A stretch of DNA of 64,000 bases from the NCBI GenBank assembly GCA_023213395.1, contig CM041465.1:196175741-196239740 (forward strand). The letters are read 5' to 3'. Source of the DNA: Cycas panzhihuaensis. Taxonomy: Eukaryota > Plantae > Cycadophyta. Under the pieces are notes generated by a model. That model made no database searches. It was not told where the DNA came from and saw only the letters and a program-made list of their open reading frames with translations. This document shows positions 24,047-37,831 of this stretch, one piece after another (within the stretch, counting starts at the first letter, position 1; every line of letters starts with the position of its first letter). The translations under genes were made by a program, and so were the position numbers.

Positions 24047-26152
24047 TCATCCTTTCCTACTTCTCAGGAGAGGACCCTCGATCACCCCCACCTCCTTTAA
24101 GGTACTATGGTGTCCAAAGTTAATCTGGTCCGTTGTTTCCTTCTCCCTAGTTGCCTTTTCAGATGGCCTTATGACCCTCTTTTCTAGCCCAAAGTCAGGA
24201 GCCTTTTCTGGGTCTGGCATGCTACTTTTATCTTTGACCCCAACCCCAACAACTCCCTCTACTACTATTCCTACTTGACCCTCTACTTGGTGTGGGTCTT
24301 GTAACCTCCCCTCCTTAACCTCTGAGAGGTAGTCCTCCAAATCCCATTTGATCTTCTTTGCTAGCCGGCTCAGGGCTGGCTCTTCAGACACTAGGGGACT
24401 ATCCCCACCCACATTCGCCTGACTATTAACCCTTTGGTTTCCCTTTGTCTAATCTTTGGAACACTCCGCTGCCAAGCCTAGTTCCAAAGTCAGTAACTGG
24501 CCCAAACCTCTTTAGATCTTGACAATATCTTCAACCATGGCCTCACCTCTACCTGCCACAATTTCAACTTCTTCCTCTTTACTACCTTCTTCTTGGTCTT
24601 TCTTGTCAATACCTGCATTCGATGCCTCACCTACCTTTGTCTTATCTTTGGAACACACCATTGAAGAGCCTGGTTTTGAAGTTAGTAACTGGCCTATCCC
24701 ACTTTGGATCTTATTAGTAATTGCATCCAGGGCCTCACCCCTAATTGCCTCATTTTCTTTATCATCATTCTCTTTTCTACCCTCTTCCTTGTCGAACTTA
24801 TTAGTACCTGTGTCCAGTGCCTCACCTCTAATTACCTTAATTTCTCTATCTTCTTTCTCTTTACTTCTCTCTTCCTTGTCCATCTTTGTTAGAACCCCTG
24901 GGTATTGAAAGGGTAGATGCCCCTTGCACTTGCACTTTGAACATCTAAAACCTTCCACTTCATAGAATAGACTTTAAATGATGATCCTTCTTGTGACTCG
25001 ATCTCTATATCTACTGGGAGATCACTGTCAACCCTAGCAAGGACCCAGAATCTGGCATTCATCAATCAAGATCTATGTTTTATCACTGAGTCCATCACTA
25101 GTAAAGGCCTGATCACCCTAGCCGCTCCTTTGACCACCTCTAGGTTCCAAAAATGCAAAGGTAGCCCCAGCATCTGCATCCATACTAAGGCTTGTTTTAC
25201 CATTAGAGTTCCCAGATCAAAGTATGGGTGTCATTTTTCTAGAGTCATGGCTTTCTTACCAAACATCCCCAGGGATTTTAAGAGGATAGCAATCATATCC
25301 TCCTGATTAGCGAATCTAAAGAGAATGCACCCCTTTGGCAAAGCTATCACCTTGACCGGGTTCCTTGTTTTCCATTTATTTCTGATCCATTCTCTGATAA
25401 TGTCTAGTCCAGGTCTAGGTCCTAAAAACCTACCCAACAAGCTATTTTTCCAGTATTAGATAGTTTCGTTGGTTAACTCCTTTGGGACTGAAATCTTATA
25501 CTGGTTATCTATCAGTACAGGGTGAATCTCAAATTCTTCAGAGTTTCCATTCTTTAAAACATCAAGATAAGTCCTCCCCGGGGGCAAGGATTGAGTTTGG
25601 TTTGCTAGATCTAGCATCATTTTAGGTTACAATCACAAGAGCTAAAGAAAACTGCATGGACTCACCATACATTTGAATCTGCAGGTTTGAATCATGCCCT
25701 CCTCTTCCTTTCTGGAGCACCATACACCAGTGAACCTTCCTGTCGTGGATCTGACTATCTACTGCCACCTTGGTTTCTTTTACACCTTGTGTCTCCTTTC
25801 TTGATCTACTGCTTTGGCTTAAAGCCAATTTTGGACCAGTTACTTGGTTGAGAAACCATCTCCTCTGACTTTGCTGAGCACTATCTGGGCACCTACTAGG
25901 TCTGTTGCGCCCTACGCATGGGTCTTTTCCACTATCCTCCATCCAATTGGTAGGTTCATCATATCGTTCGGCCTCCATTCCATCAAGTATCCAGGGTCTA
26001 AATACCCTTCTAATGTCTTAGCAGCTGGCTGATATGGGGTGCCATGGTGCTCAGTGCCTTGTACTCTGCTCTGGGCCCATCCCTAGTTCCGAGATCTGCC
26101 TTCTCCTCCTCGCAATCTCCTTGCAAACCCTAGCTTGCAGTTGTTCCTCCAT
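24047..26152 (-). pseudogene. LINE ORF1 (DUF4283-type RRM-like domain + zinc knuckle)
   Basis: LLGRFLGPRPGLDIIREWIRNKW...; FRCSKCKCKGH. ATG at 26152 is in frame with the 25978 ORF. Confidence 0.82.
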
Positions 26153-26980
26153 TCGCAGTGTGCTTATTCTTGAATGCCCACTAAAAATTACATCTTATTC
26201 CCATAAATTTCTCACCTCCATTGACACTTCTTAAAACTTTAAGCTTTATATTTAAGAAGTTTTTTACTTTAGCTATAATATCTTTTAACTTGAAAAATGC
26301 TTCTAACATAGATTTTAATAACTAGACCCAAGTCTTTCTTATGAAATCATCAATAAAGGTCATAAAAAACTTTGTTTCTCCAAGTGAAGTTAGTGTGATT
26401 GGTGTTGGATATGTTAAACACTTTACCAAGTGTTATATATATATAAGGAGTCTAAAATTTTGGTCCTACTTTGGCATGATTTCCCCCTCTAACTCCTTGT
26501 AGGGGGATCTAAGGGGGCCAATAACCCCTTTTGGCAGGGGGGTGCATGGGAGAGGAGATGTCTCCCCCTTATAAGTAGGGATTTAGGGGTAATAGCCCCC
26601 GAAACAAATTTTAGGGTTCAAATAGAAAAGAGAATTAGGGCTGTTCATCATAAAGACCCTAGATCTAATGATTCATATCTAACCAAATTAGGTAATTCTT
26701 TGTATAAGTGTATAGAGTGGATGAGGTGGGTTAGGGTTTCATCTCTATAATTCTTTAGTTTTTACTTAAATTAATAAAAGGTGTATACTTAGACTCGAAT
26801 CTCCCGGTGTTCTTTGCCGTATGTTTGATTTATTTATGTTATTTGTTCTTTACATGGTTAAAGTTTTGTTAATATTACTTTCATGGTTTCATTTTTCTCT
26901 TCATTTAGTGTTAGAGATAAGGGGAGTGGGAGCCATTTGATGAGTGGGAGCCTTATTTGGTAAACTTGAGTACGAAGATC

Positions 26981-29135
26981 ATGGCAAGAATTACAAAGAT
27001 AGAGATTAGAAAGTTTAATAACCAAACCTTTGAGTTGTGGAAGCTAAGGATAGAAGATATCCTTATCGGAAAGGATTAATAGATCATTATAGTAGGGACA
27101 CAACCTGTGACTATGGATGATGAAGACTAGAAGAAGCTTGATAAAAAAGCAATAAGTTTAATAAGGTTATACCTTTCAGACATAGTGTTGTTGAATGTTG
27201 CTATAGAGTCTATGACCAAAGATCTATGGATAAAGTTAGGGACTTTGTATAAGACTAAGTCCTTGGTTAATAAGTTATTTCTTCAAAAAAGGTTATATTC
27301 ACTCAAGATGAATGATAGAGATGTAGTTGCAAATAATCTCACTGCATTTAACACCATGGTAAGCCAACTTATTTTAGTTAAGATAATAATATTTGGGGAA
27401 GATAAGTTTATTACATTGTTATGTTTACTTCCCGATTCTTGGGATAATCTTGTGATAATGATTAGTGGCATAGCTACTACCACCCTAAAATTTAATGATA
27501 TTGTTATTTCTCTATTATTAGAAGAAACAAGGCAAAAATCTTTTGAGGATCATTTAAAAGAAATATTAGCAATGAGAGGTTGAAGGTTGGATCATGAACA
27601 ACAAAGGCCTAGGAATAGATGACTAAAATCCAAATCTCTAACTAAAGGCCTATTGGTATGTTGGAGATGTGGGAAGGCTAGCCATATGAAGAGCCAGTGT
27701 TGAGTTAAGGTTAATAAAGAAAAGTTACCTTCTTCAATGGTAGCAAGAACCTCCAATGAATTTGATGGCAATGTTTATCTCGCAACCTTAGGTAAGTTAT
27801 TAAATGTTGAGTCTTAGTTAATTGACTCTGGTACTTCACTTTGTGTTACTCCCCACAATGAGCGGTTTTATGAATACATAAGTATTTATGGAGGTGAAAT
27901 ATTTCGTAAGGATCATTACCCATATAAAATTATAGGTCATAGAAGGGTGAAGGTTTGATTTGGAGATGGGAGGATTAAAACTATCCTTAATGTGAGCCAT
28001 ATTCCTAGTTTAGCTATAAGTTTATTGTCTATTAGTCAATTCCAGGATCCAGGAATATAAGTAGTTTTCAATAAAGATAGTTGCATAATGGTACATAGAG
28101 CATTGGTGTTAGCAAGAGGGGTCTGATTTGGAATGTTATACAAGCTTGATATAAGTATAATATATGTTGATAGTTGTAGTCTAATTGTTACAGAAAGTAG
28201 TAATAATATAGGTAGGACCCAAATATCACTTACTAATAAAACTATACTATGGTATCAAAGTTGGGACATATTGGAGAGAAAGGCCTCCATGATTTATTCT
28301 CCAAAGATATAGTAGAAGACATCTTTAGAATTAATGGCTCTTTTGATTTTGATTTTTGTGAGCATTATGTGTATGGTAAATAGAATTAGGTCAGTTTTCT
28401 TTCAAGCTCAAAGAGAGTAAAGGGTATTCTACAATTGGTATACAATGATGTTTTTAGACCTATTAATATACCCTTATTGGTGGGTCCAAATACTTTGTCT
28501 CATTCATAGATGATTTCTTGAGAAAGATATGGCTACATTTTCTCAAAGAGAAAAATCTTCAGTAAATTTAAAGAATTCAAGGCCTTAGTTGAGATTTAAA
28601 GTGATAAGTGGATCAAGGTACTGAGGACTGATAATGGAGGTGAGTTTTACTCAAAGGAGTTTGGGCAATTCTGTAAGTAGTATGGAATAGCAAAATAAAA
28701 GATAATTCACTATACATCACAACACAATAGAGTTGTTGAAAGGATGAATAAGACCTTGCTAGAGGGATTCAGGAGTATGCTCAATGTTATTGGATTAGAG
28801 AAATTATTTTGGGCTAAGGATGTGATGACTACATACTACTTAATAAATCAATCACTGATAACTACCTTAGTGTATAAAACACCTAGGGAAGTATGGTCTG
28901 GTAAGAATCTATCTCTTAGTCATCTTGGACTTTTTTATTGTGAAACTTTTGTGTACATTCCTAAACATTAGAGAAATAAACTTGATTTCAAAGCACAAAA
29001 GACTATTTTCATTAGCTATGATGATGGTGTTAAAGAGTACAAGCCTTATAACATTGAAACACAACAAGTTATATATAGCTGTGATGTTGTCTTTAGAGAG
29101 GAGTTTAACTCTCTAAATCAAGATGATGAACTAAA
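26981..29135 (+). pseudogene. C2 gag-protease-integrase; RT and RH missing
   Basis: KIEIRKFNNQTFELWKL; LYKTKSLVNKLFLQKRLY; CWRCGKASHMKSQC; LIDSGTS; LRTDNGGEF; ERMNKTLLE. Ends at a G20 run. Confidence 0.9.
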
Positions 29136-29185
29136 GCCGGGGGGGGGGGGGGGGGGGGTATGTGGAGAGGGCAAGAGGGATGTCC

Positions 29186-29668
29186 AAGTGCTCAAAGATT
29201 AGAAATTGTGGGCTTCTTACTAGTCTAGGTTTTTTTAGGAATTTTGTTTTGAATAACCTTTGTACGATTTCTATTTAGTACATATATAATTATTTTTACA
29301 ATTATACTATAAAATCCACTTGTGACATTTTTATTGTTAAGCATCCAAAGATCCATTTTTATAATTGTGTGGTTCTCTCTTTCATAAACTCCATTTTATT
29401 ATGGAGTATGAGGTATTGAAATATATCATGGAATGCCATGACTCTTGCAAAAAATAATAAAATCATTTAATAGATATTCACCTCCATTGACACTTCTTAA
29501 AACTTTGAGCTTCATATTTGAGAAGTTTTTTGCTTTAGCTTTAATATATTTGAACTTGAAAAATGCTTTTGACTTAGATTTTAATAACTAGACCCAAGTT
29601 TTTCTTGTGAAATCATCAATAAAAGTTATAAAAAACATTGCTCCTCCAAGTAAATTTAGTGTGATTAG
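29186..29668 (+). repeat. 483-bp duplicate of the C1 integrase segment (19343-19650 + 26228-26402), lacking the LINE
   Basis: Colinear diverged match; contains the empty LINE site ATATTCACCTCCATTGACACTTCTTAAAA. Confidence 0.9.
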
Positions 29669-29850
29669 TATTGGATATTATAAACACTTTACAAGTGTTA
29701 TATATGTATAAAGAGGCTAAAATTTTGGTCTTACTTTGGCATGATTTTTCTTTTAAACTCTGTGTGGGGGGATCCAAGGAGGACAATAGCCCCTTTGGCA
29801 AGGGAGGTGTAAGGTGGGGAGACATCAAGCAGGGGATTAAGGGTGGCAAC

Positions 29851-32800
29851 TAGAAACATGCCTTTGGGGCATCACTAAGAATACAACACTCTAATTAGAT
29901 ACTAAGGTCAAGGAATAATGATCTAGAGGTGTGAAAGATGATTAGATTACCCTCAAAGGGCATTTGTACTTTAGAATATAGGTTTAAGGACCTACAATAA
30001 TATACATTCTCCTATCTACTTTAGAGGGTTGAAAATGTTGAGATGAAATGATAAGTTTAGGTGGTGGAAAGTGTGGTGCCCTTAGGTTACTAAGTAGCCT
30101 AGGTGAGGCTCTCTTATTCTCATTGGGAAGGGAAGAGATAAGGTCTCCCTTTTGGAAAAAGAGAGTGAGATGCGTATGGGAACAAGGTGTGAGGCAAAAA
30201 TTTTTGGGTTATTTACTTTTAGCCTAAAGGATTACCTTTAAGGTTTAGGTTATAATGCAAGGTTTTATTTATGGTTTTGTTTGGTTATGAGAGGAGGTAA
30301 TGTTGTTTCTCCCTTTTTGTTTTGGGGTATAACTTATTGTATAAAATGGAGGTGTATGGTTTGTAAATAAAATACTTATTTTAACAATACATATAAATTA
30401 TGATCACTCACTTCCTAACTTATTCTCCTTTTCTTTATATCTAAGGAAGTCTAATCAAAAGATGCAAATAGGGGAGAGAAAGTGAATAATGTTTATGCAA
30501 CATTTCCTTTTCAATTATGTTTCCTTTTTATGCAAAAGAATAATGCAATTCACTCATACTATGTCTCCTAATTTCGTTTCTTCATGCATATGTAAATACA
30601 AAATGATGAGGAGGGTACAATGCTTATGCAATGTCTTTTTTTCAATGCAAAAATGAAGAAAAACTCTTTTAACCAGTGTTGTAACTTTGTCTCTTACATG
30701 CATTATGCATGTGTAAGCAAGAAAAGGGATAATTTCCACTATACTTTTTATGGGAAGAGGAAGGGAGAAGTCATGGACGTATGCATGTATATTTCCTTTC
30801 AAATGCCAAGAATATGATATATACAAATAGACCTTCACTTTTGTTACAAACAATAAATAAATAAGCTCAAAAGGAAGCAAATAAGGGAGAGTGGGTTTAG
30901 GAGGAGTGCACCTAGTCAATGACACTTGGCGATGATCTTGTCGTGGCTCCTTTCCCATTATTCTCTTGCTAATGGTGCAACCTCTCTTATTGCTGCAAAT
31001 GTCATTGGGAACAAAAGGGGCTTCCTTACCTTCCCCAAGTTCAAATGGAAAGTTGTAAAAATGGAAAAAAAAAGAAAGAGACAAAGCAAAAACATACACT
31101 AACTATGATGCTAAGACATGGATTAAAAATTACCTTATAATGAATGTCGCTTTGCAAGCAAGAGTAGGTCTTCTACCTATAAGACAAGGACAAGGAAACT
31201 ACCCACAAGTGATATGTTCTATATAAATATGTCTATGAAAATGTTTTAAATATATTAGTTACTCCTTTATAAACTAAGAAACAAAACCAAATGTTATTGC
31301 ACTCCTTCTCAAAATCTCAATATATAAGAAATAAGAGAAAGTGGGAATGGAGAGGAGGGTGGTGCCTCAGAATGGCATGGCTCCCCATATGATAATGGCC
31401 TCTCAAATGGCAAGGGATATCACCCAATTTCATTAGTTTTTTGGGCAAAAATTCAAAGGTAAAGGTGATATGTAGAATCTTAATATTGAGCAATGTGTTT
31501 GTTGTCTTATGGTATGGTTGTAAGATGTTGCATTGGTAGAGGATATATATACACCACGAAATAGGGCATTTTAAGGTGTTGGGAGGGGATTACCCAGTGG
31601 AAAGGGAGTCTAAAAGTCAAAACTTGGACCAATTTTCCTTTCCAAACCTTCTTTAACTAGCTAATACTCTATTCATGCCCTCCACCAATACTCTAAATTG
31701 ATGATAAAAGTTTTGTAGTTTATGGAAGGACAATTTCCTTCAAGATTTGCAAGGTGGGCTTAGCTAAGAGTGTGGATTGTTATCTCTAGGTCAAAATATC
31801 AAGCAAAATACATGGTGAATAATGGCAATCAAAGCAAAACAACAATATTCTCTATTGAAGACAAGCCATAGGTGGACCTTGCCCACTTAGGGATGAGAAA
31901 CTATGGTGGGAGTAAGGAAGTTTGTTGATGAGAAGGCTTTGTAGCCCTTGAAAGAATGCCTTTTGGTAAAATTTTTGATTGTTGGATGAGAAGGGAGAGC
32001 CTCCTTGGTTGTAGAAATAGCTTGGGAAAGTCCTCTTACCTTCAAGATTTGGATTTTGTCTCTTTTTCCTTTCTAAAATTCTAATTTTCATACCCTTTAC
32101 TAAGAGAGCTTGAGAAGAATGAAAGTATTATGAATGATAAGTGAATAATCATGAATGAGAAATAAAAAATGAGTTTTTTGTATTTGGAACTCTTTTTGCA
32201 ATAGTTAGGCCTCGATCTGGGCCAGCCTTGAGGCGAGGAAACATGTCAAAAGTGTATTTAATATGAAAATAGATGTTTATTGGCTGCATTTAAGTTTGTA
32301 ACAATCGCATCTCAAATATATTCATAGCACTATAAATACATTTGTGAGGCATAAAAATAGAGTGGGGCAGACACAAAATAGAGTGGGGCAGCAATAAGAT
32401 GATAGAATTTATAAAAATAAATAAAAATTGATAAAATTAAATGAAACTGAAGGGGAGCCCACTACTAGAGGTCTAGAACTCCTGCTTAAAGCCCTATAGA
32501 TTAGTCTTAGGCCACTCTATAGATTGATGGATGACAAAAACATATGGTAAGCCAGTAAAATCGAGTCGAAACCCAATGAGGATGATGACAATCAAGGGGT
32601 CAAAGTATAGATGGAGCCTACAAATGAAGATTAATAAAGATACACAAAAAAATCTCATGAGGTCTGTACAATGGGATGCAAGTTTCCACCAGAAGCCTCA
32701 ACAAAACTACCTGGGTTGGCCAAGTGATTGATTAGGTAGGATGAAAGGGGAACAAATATAACAAAGAAGCATGAAGGAGTCAGTACTCACTCAAAACTAG

Positions 32801-33067
32801 GCTATGGAAGCATGTGATGAACCTCTTGTCAACTAGGAGACTACTATGAGGGCTCAATAGCACTATTAAACTAGAGTCCTCATCATCATAGGTAGATAAC
32901 AAGCATAGACCAAGGAAATAAACCAAACCATAATGCATTCAATCAGTAAAGTAAACACTACATGAAATAATGACTATAAAGAATGCTAATAAAATTATGA
33001 GATATAATATATGCCTACACCCACCTATGTAATGATCTCCTAATCCATTCCCAACAGGTGAGAAACA
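29851..33067 (-). repeat. T3 3' LTR
   Basis: Colinear with 44910-48083, roughly 80-85% identical by eye with mostly transitions; preceded on the minus strand by PPT GCCAAAGGAGAAA. Confidence 0.92.
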
Positions 33068-33595
33068 TTTCTCCTTTGGCAGTAGAACCTTCTCACTCTA
33101 GAGTGTGGGATAATGGTGAATGTTGTTAATATAAATGACATCAATAGACATGATATCCAGAAGCTAGTGTGTCAATAACCAAGGAGGTTTGTAAGTGCTG
33201 CAATAGATGTATAGATATGAGGTATGTGTTGAGGGGGGAGATATGTAAATGACCGGATCAAACCCTAGGTATGGGACCATAGACCTAGAGCATGTGCATA
33301 TGAAAATAGAGAAGGGGCGATTAAGGGGAATGCCCTTAGTGGCACACCCAATAGGCAGGATGACCCTAAAGAAGGGGCTAAAAAACCTAAAGAGACTCAT
33401 TTGGAAAATGATGGGGTGCCTCATTACGCTAAGGTAAGATATGATCTAAATAAAGAGGGGTTTTGGTCACCATAGTTTAGCCTCATTAGTGGCCACCATT
33501 TAGAGGTAAAGAGAAAAGGAAGGTTGATATGGGGAGCTACCTTCAAAGCATTTCTAAAGGGTAACCTATCAAGCAGATAAGGGGTCATCTTAAAG

Positions 33596-33997
33596 CTAGA
33601 GGTGATGCTTAAGAATATAGCCAACTAAGTTATCAGCCTCAGTGTTTCAATTATGAGGAATATATCGAATGTCGACTGGGGAGAAGTAGGATAATAAAGA
33701 CTTAGCAATCAAAGAAAGGGGCCTCAATCGGGGGTAGAGGACCCAATAAGTTTGGGTTAGCTAGGACACTACGATATGAGAATCATAGTGTAGAATGATG
33801 GGATCATGATGGAAGTAAAGTACATCAATTCAGGCTTGAATGATGATTGTGTACTCTATTTCATTATTCATGGTATTAGGTAAATAGATCCTAGAATATA
33901 TGAAATCATACCCTAAGGGATCACAAATAATCCAAGCTATGGTAGAAGGCCTTGAGTTGCCACTACTACCACCATTCATGTAGATGAATAGAGTCAT
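33596..33997 (-). pseudogene. Stand-alone aRH ORF of T3 (not in the ORF track)
   Basis: MTLFIYMNGGSSGNSRPSTIAWII...TMNNEIEY...HYDSHIVVS*LTQTY...IRYIPHN*NTEADNLV, colinear with the T1 aRH. Confidence 0.85.
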
Positions 33998-35117
33998 GGC
34001 TAGAGGTGATAGTAAGACACTCGAGGAAAAGGTATTGAGGGAAAAAAACTATATGCAAGCCAATGAGTCTCAATGAGTACGATCACACACATGACTAATC
34101 ATGAGAGGATTGGAAAGACATATAACTAGGTTGCTAGGCTCATGGAGGGCCTACCCTATGGAAGGGAAGCGATAATGGTGAAAAATAGGCTTATTGTATG
34201 AGATTTAAGGTTGGTACGAGGCCAACGAAGGGCTCAACTAGGGTACAGATCCCATTAGGAGAAAAATGGGTTAGAATAGATAAGAAAAATGAAGTCATCT
34301 CACCAAAATGAGTCCACATAGTATAAACATAGATAAGGTTTTGAGCGGGCAAAAGTTAGGGTAAAAAGGGTTCCTATCAGAGGTAAAAAAAAGCACAATA
34401 AATGCTAGAAAAACCAAGAAAAAGTGGCGTTTGGGAGCTAGAAAGGGTGAAGACCCTGAAGAGGACTAGGATAGGCTCAAGGAGGTGGTCCAGATAACTC
34501 CATTGCATTGGAAAAATGTCACGGAGCCTCAAGGAGCTTGACAAATAAAAGAGGGATGGGTGGCGAAAAAGGAATCATTTTTACACTTGCCCATGAGATT
34601 AGGAGGAGAAAGGAGCTTGCCACCTTTGTGTTACTACCCAAAGATGAGCTAGGTGGAGGAGATCTAGCCATTGGATCGTCACTCAGAGGGTGTCTTAGGA
34701 TCATAGCTGAGAGATGGTAGTAGTTAGGCTAGACCTGGTACACAGATCTTAACCCTGACATTTCAAATCTTATCTTTTCCATTGTGTCTGTTTTTGTTGG
34801 GTTGTACCCATTTAGAATAGTAAAAGGCCTAACGGGACCTAATTGGGGCTTGCGAGAGCTTGGACTAGGGCTTCAGGAGGCCACGATCCTAATGGACTGA
34901 GCATTTATCCATTTATGAAAAAATATTTATTTATTTTTTAAATTTTTAGTGAGAAATTTGTGGTACCATAGATTTTTCTATCGTACTATAGATATTCCCA
35001 TGGGATGCAGAAATAAGCTATAGGGCAAGGGTAGAAAAGAGAAATTTTATAGGAAACTTTGATTTAGTTTAGTTTTGATGATTATTTAGCTTTACTAGGG
35101 AGGGCTCTTGGATCTAT

Positions 35118-37030
35118 ATGGTAATAGGTAATTGACTGATGATGTTTGGATGATTTACAACCTATCATAGTAATGGATAACTGTGAGAACATTATCTTGT
35201 CGATGTTAGGATTTACAGAGATAATGGACCACTGAGACATGGCAATGCTAAGTTGTTATGACTTACCCTGAATATTTTGTTCATGATAGTATGCCTTGAA
35301 CTAGGCTCTCTTGATAGATATTATCTCTCATTGGGATCGTCAGAGGCACGCCTTCCATCTCCCACTACTTGAGGATGTCATTGTTACCCCAGTGGATGTC
35401 TAAAGGATTATGGGTGTCCTTGCTGATGGGGTACTAGCTGTGTTAGAGACTCTGCCTAGCATATATATAGCACATAGGCAAGTAGCTAGGTTTTTCTATG
35501 GCAGGGGTTGGTGGGACCGGAGAGGACTATCACTTAGGACTATAGTGTTGTCAGGGATTCTTCGCATGAGGAAGATGATTATTTTCATCATTTTGTTCTG
35601 GATCTCCCAAAAATAGAACTATAGAGACATCTTGGAAGGCTAAATGGATACTATTAGGTGGTGTGAGGTAGGACAAAGGTTTGATTAGGCTACTTTGATA
35701 GTGGCCAACCTTACAACCCAGTTCAATAAGATCTGAGCTATATGATGGGGAGGACTCTCATATAGCTCCCTATTACAGTGTTAGTTTTTTGATCATTTTC
35801 AAGGAGTGGGATCGATGACAGGGCCACAACTAATACTAGTTAGTGCTCCCCTCCTCTGTTGATGGCCATCATGGTTCATGGGCATAGAAGAGTCAACACA
35901 GGTCAGGAGATCAATCGCAGTGATGTCTTTGGATCTACTCATGATCAATGATTATGTAAGGCAACCATACCACACACCATTCACTAAGACAATGATGTGA
36001 AGTAGGGAGATGTTGTAGGGGTCCCAATGGCAGAGCCAGAAGAGGGTGAGGACTAGGGAGAGGCAATTGCTAACCCATAGATAGAGGTAGTATTGGCAAC
36101 TACAAGAGAGAGAACTATAGTTATGGCAGGGAAGGGGATCCTAGGAGCTGAGGACATAGAGGCTAGAGGGGTACCAATTGCCCTAGGAGTTGAGGACCTA
36201 GGAGTAGGGGAGGCAGCAACTAGAGAGGTACCAACTACCCCAAGAGGTGAGTTTTTCCCTTTTTGTAGCTATAGCTTTGGTTTATATATATTTAATTAAG
36301 GTTTTATGATGTTATTATTTATGTTTATGGATGTTATTTATATATTTCACACTAACACATAGACTTGTATGGTTGGCAAGTGGAGGGATTACTAGGGAGC
36401 TAATCAATAAGGCCATAGCAAATTTATTCCTATAGGTATATGAGGAGGGGCAGCCTCCCATTGTAGATAGTGGGGAGCCAAGCTCGATAAAACCTTATTA
36501 CACTATTTTTGTCCCTCTGATCTGAGCCCAATATATTTGGGTTACAGAATCCAATAAGAGACAAATGAGGGAGGATTGTTTGCAGGCAAAGAGAGACCAG
36601 CTCTAGGCTTGGGTACGTGAGCTGGAGGCTTGGGCATGAGACAAAGAGGTCCAGGGAGCTCCAGGGATATAGGTGAGGATTGTAGTCCTAAAGAATTAGT
36701 TAGTAGAGGCTTAGGGGTGCCCAACTAGAGCATAGGAGGGTTAGGATTAACTTTAAGAGACCTAGGGTTAACTAACCAAGGTATTGGGGGAGAGGGACTG
36801 ACTACAAGCATACTACGACCAATTGATAGATCAGATGGTGGTCAGGTCCTCACACACCCATACACATACAACGATGTCAATCTAGAGGAGACCGAGAGAT
36901 GAGGAGAGCAAGGATGGGACCTCATAGAGATGTAGGTGGAGCCTTAGGGGAGCTTGGTCCCTAAGCAAGAGAGTAGGGTGGCCTAAAGAAGATACCCCAT
37001 GACTAGGGCATATCCCATGTGACTATTGTA
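35118..37030 (+). pseudogene. PMD-like gene of T3, antisense to gag-pol; intron 36247-36379
   Basis: IISHWDRQRHAFHLPLLEDVIVTPVDV*RIMGV. Spliced exon 2 gives LFL*VYEEGQPPI, matching MFPQVYVEG*PPI in T1. Confidence 0.82.
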
Positions 37031-37831
37031 TCATAGTTTTGATTAGAGGAAAGCTTTAGACCTCTAGGGAGTTCTATACCACATATATATGATTATACAT
37101 CTGCCTTACAAGGATTTTGACTTCCTAGGGCACATTATGCCAATACATTTTTGTATCATTATTCTTGATTATGTATATAGAGATAGGGACCAAATTGGTA
37201 TCCCATTTTGATATAAATTGTTGATTTATTTTAATTATTATGGATGTATAGATATACGAATATATGATGTAAATGCATAAATGCAGATAATCTTTGTTAT
37301 GTTATATATTCTTTTATATATTTTCTTTATATAGGACATACCTTACATAAGGCACAGATGATTACTAAGTAGGTTAGGTAATCTTATTTAGTCCTTGGGT
37401 GAAGGGGTCACACATCCCTAAGAAGGAAAGTAGTGATTTGAGTAGAAGAATAGCAAAAATAGGTATAGATACCCTAAGAGCACCATGAAGAGACAAGATA
37501 TATCATAGGAGGCCTTCTTTAGGTGGCAATTTGCACTCAAAAGTAGGTAAAGTTACTTCCCAGAGAAGGAGACCTACATGAGTATGGGGATGTGTGCCTA
37601 TGGTGACACATCCACCACTACTCATAGACTAAAGAAAGGACTTTGCTTATTGAGGGGAGGTACAATACCTTCAGAAAGGAACATAGTTATCCCTATGATA
37701 AGCAAATTCACTAGAGAACTTGAATGTATGTCATTCCCTGAATGAGGATATTCAATGTTACATTTAAGTGGTTGTTTAAGCTCATTTATGAGCCAGGGAT
37801 TGGTCCTCTTTCTACTATGGAGGAGAAAGAA

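Larger units (their letters stand above)
19651..26211 (-). mobile_element. Full-length L1-clade LINE (~6.56 kb) with RNase H
   Basis: Poly(A) tail (T10 at 19651-19660); perfect TSD TCACCTCCATTGACAC at 19635-19650 and 26212-26227; ORF1 and ORF2 present. Confidence 0.95.

Noticed and set aside
30554-31099. 181-aa ORF in the T3 LTR
   Set aside because: Not intact in the partner LTR and no recognisable domain.
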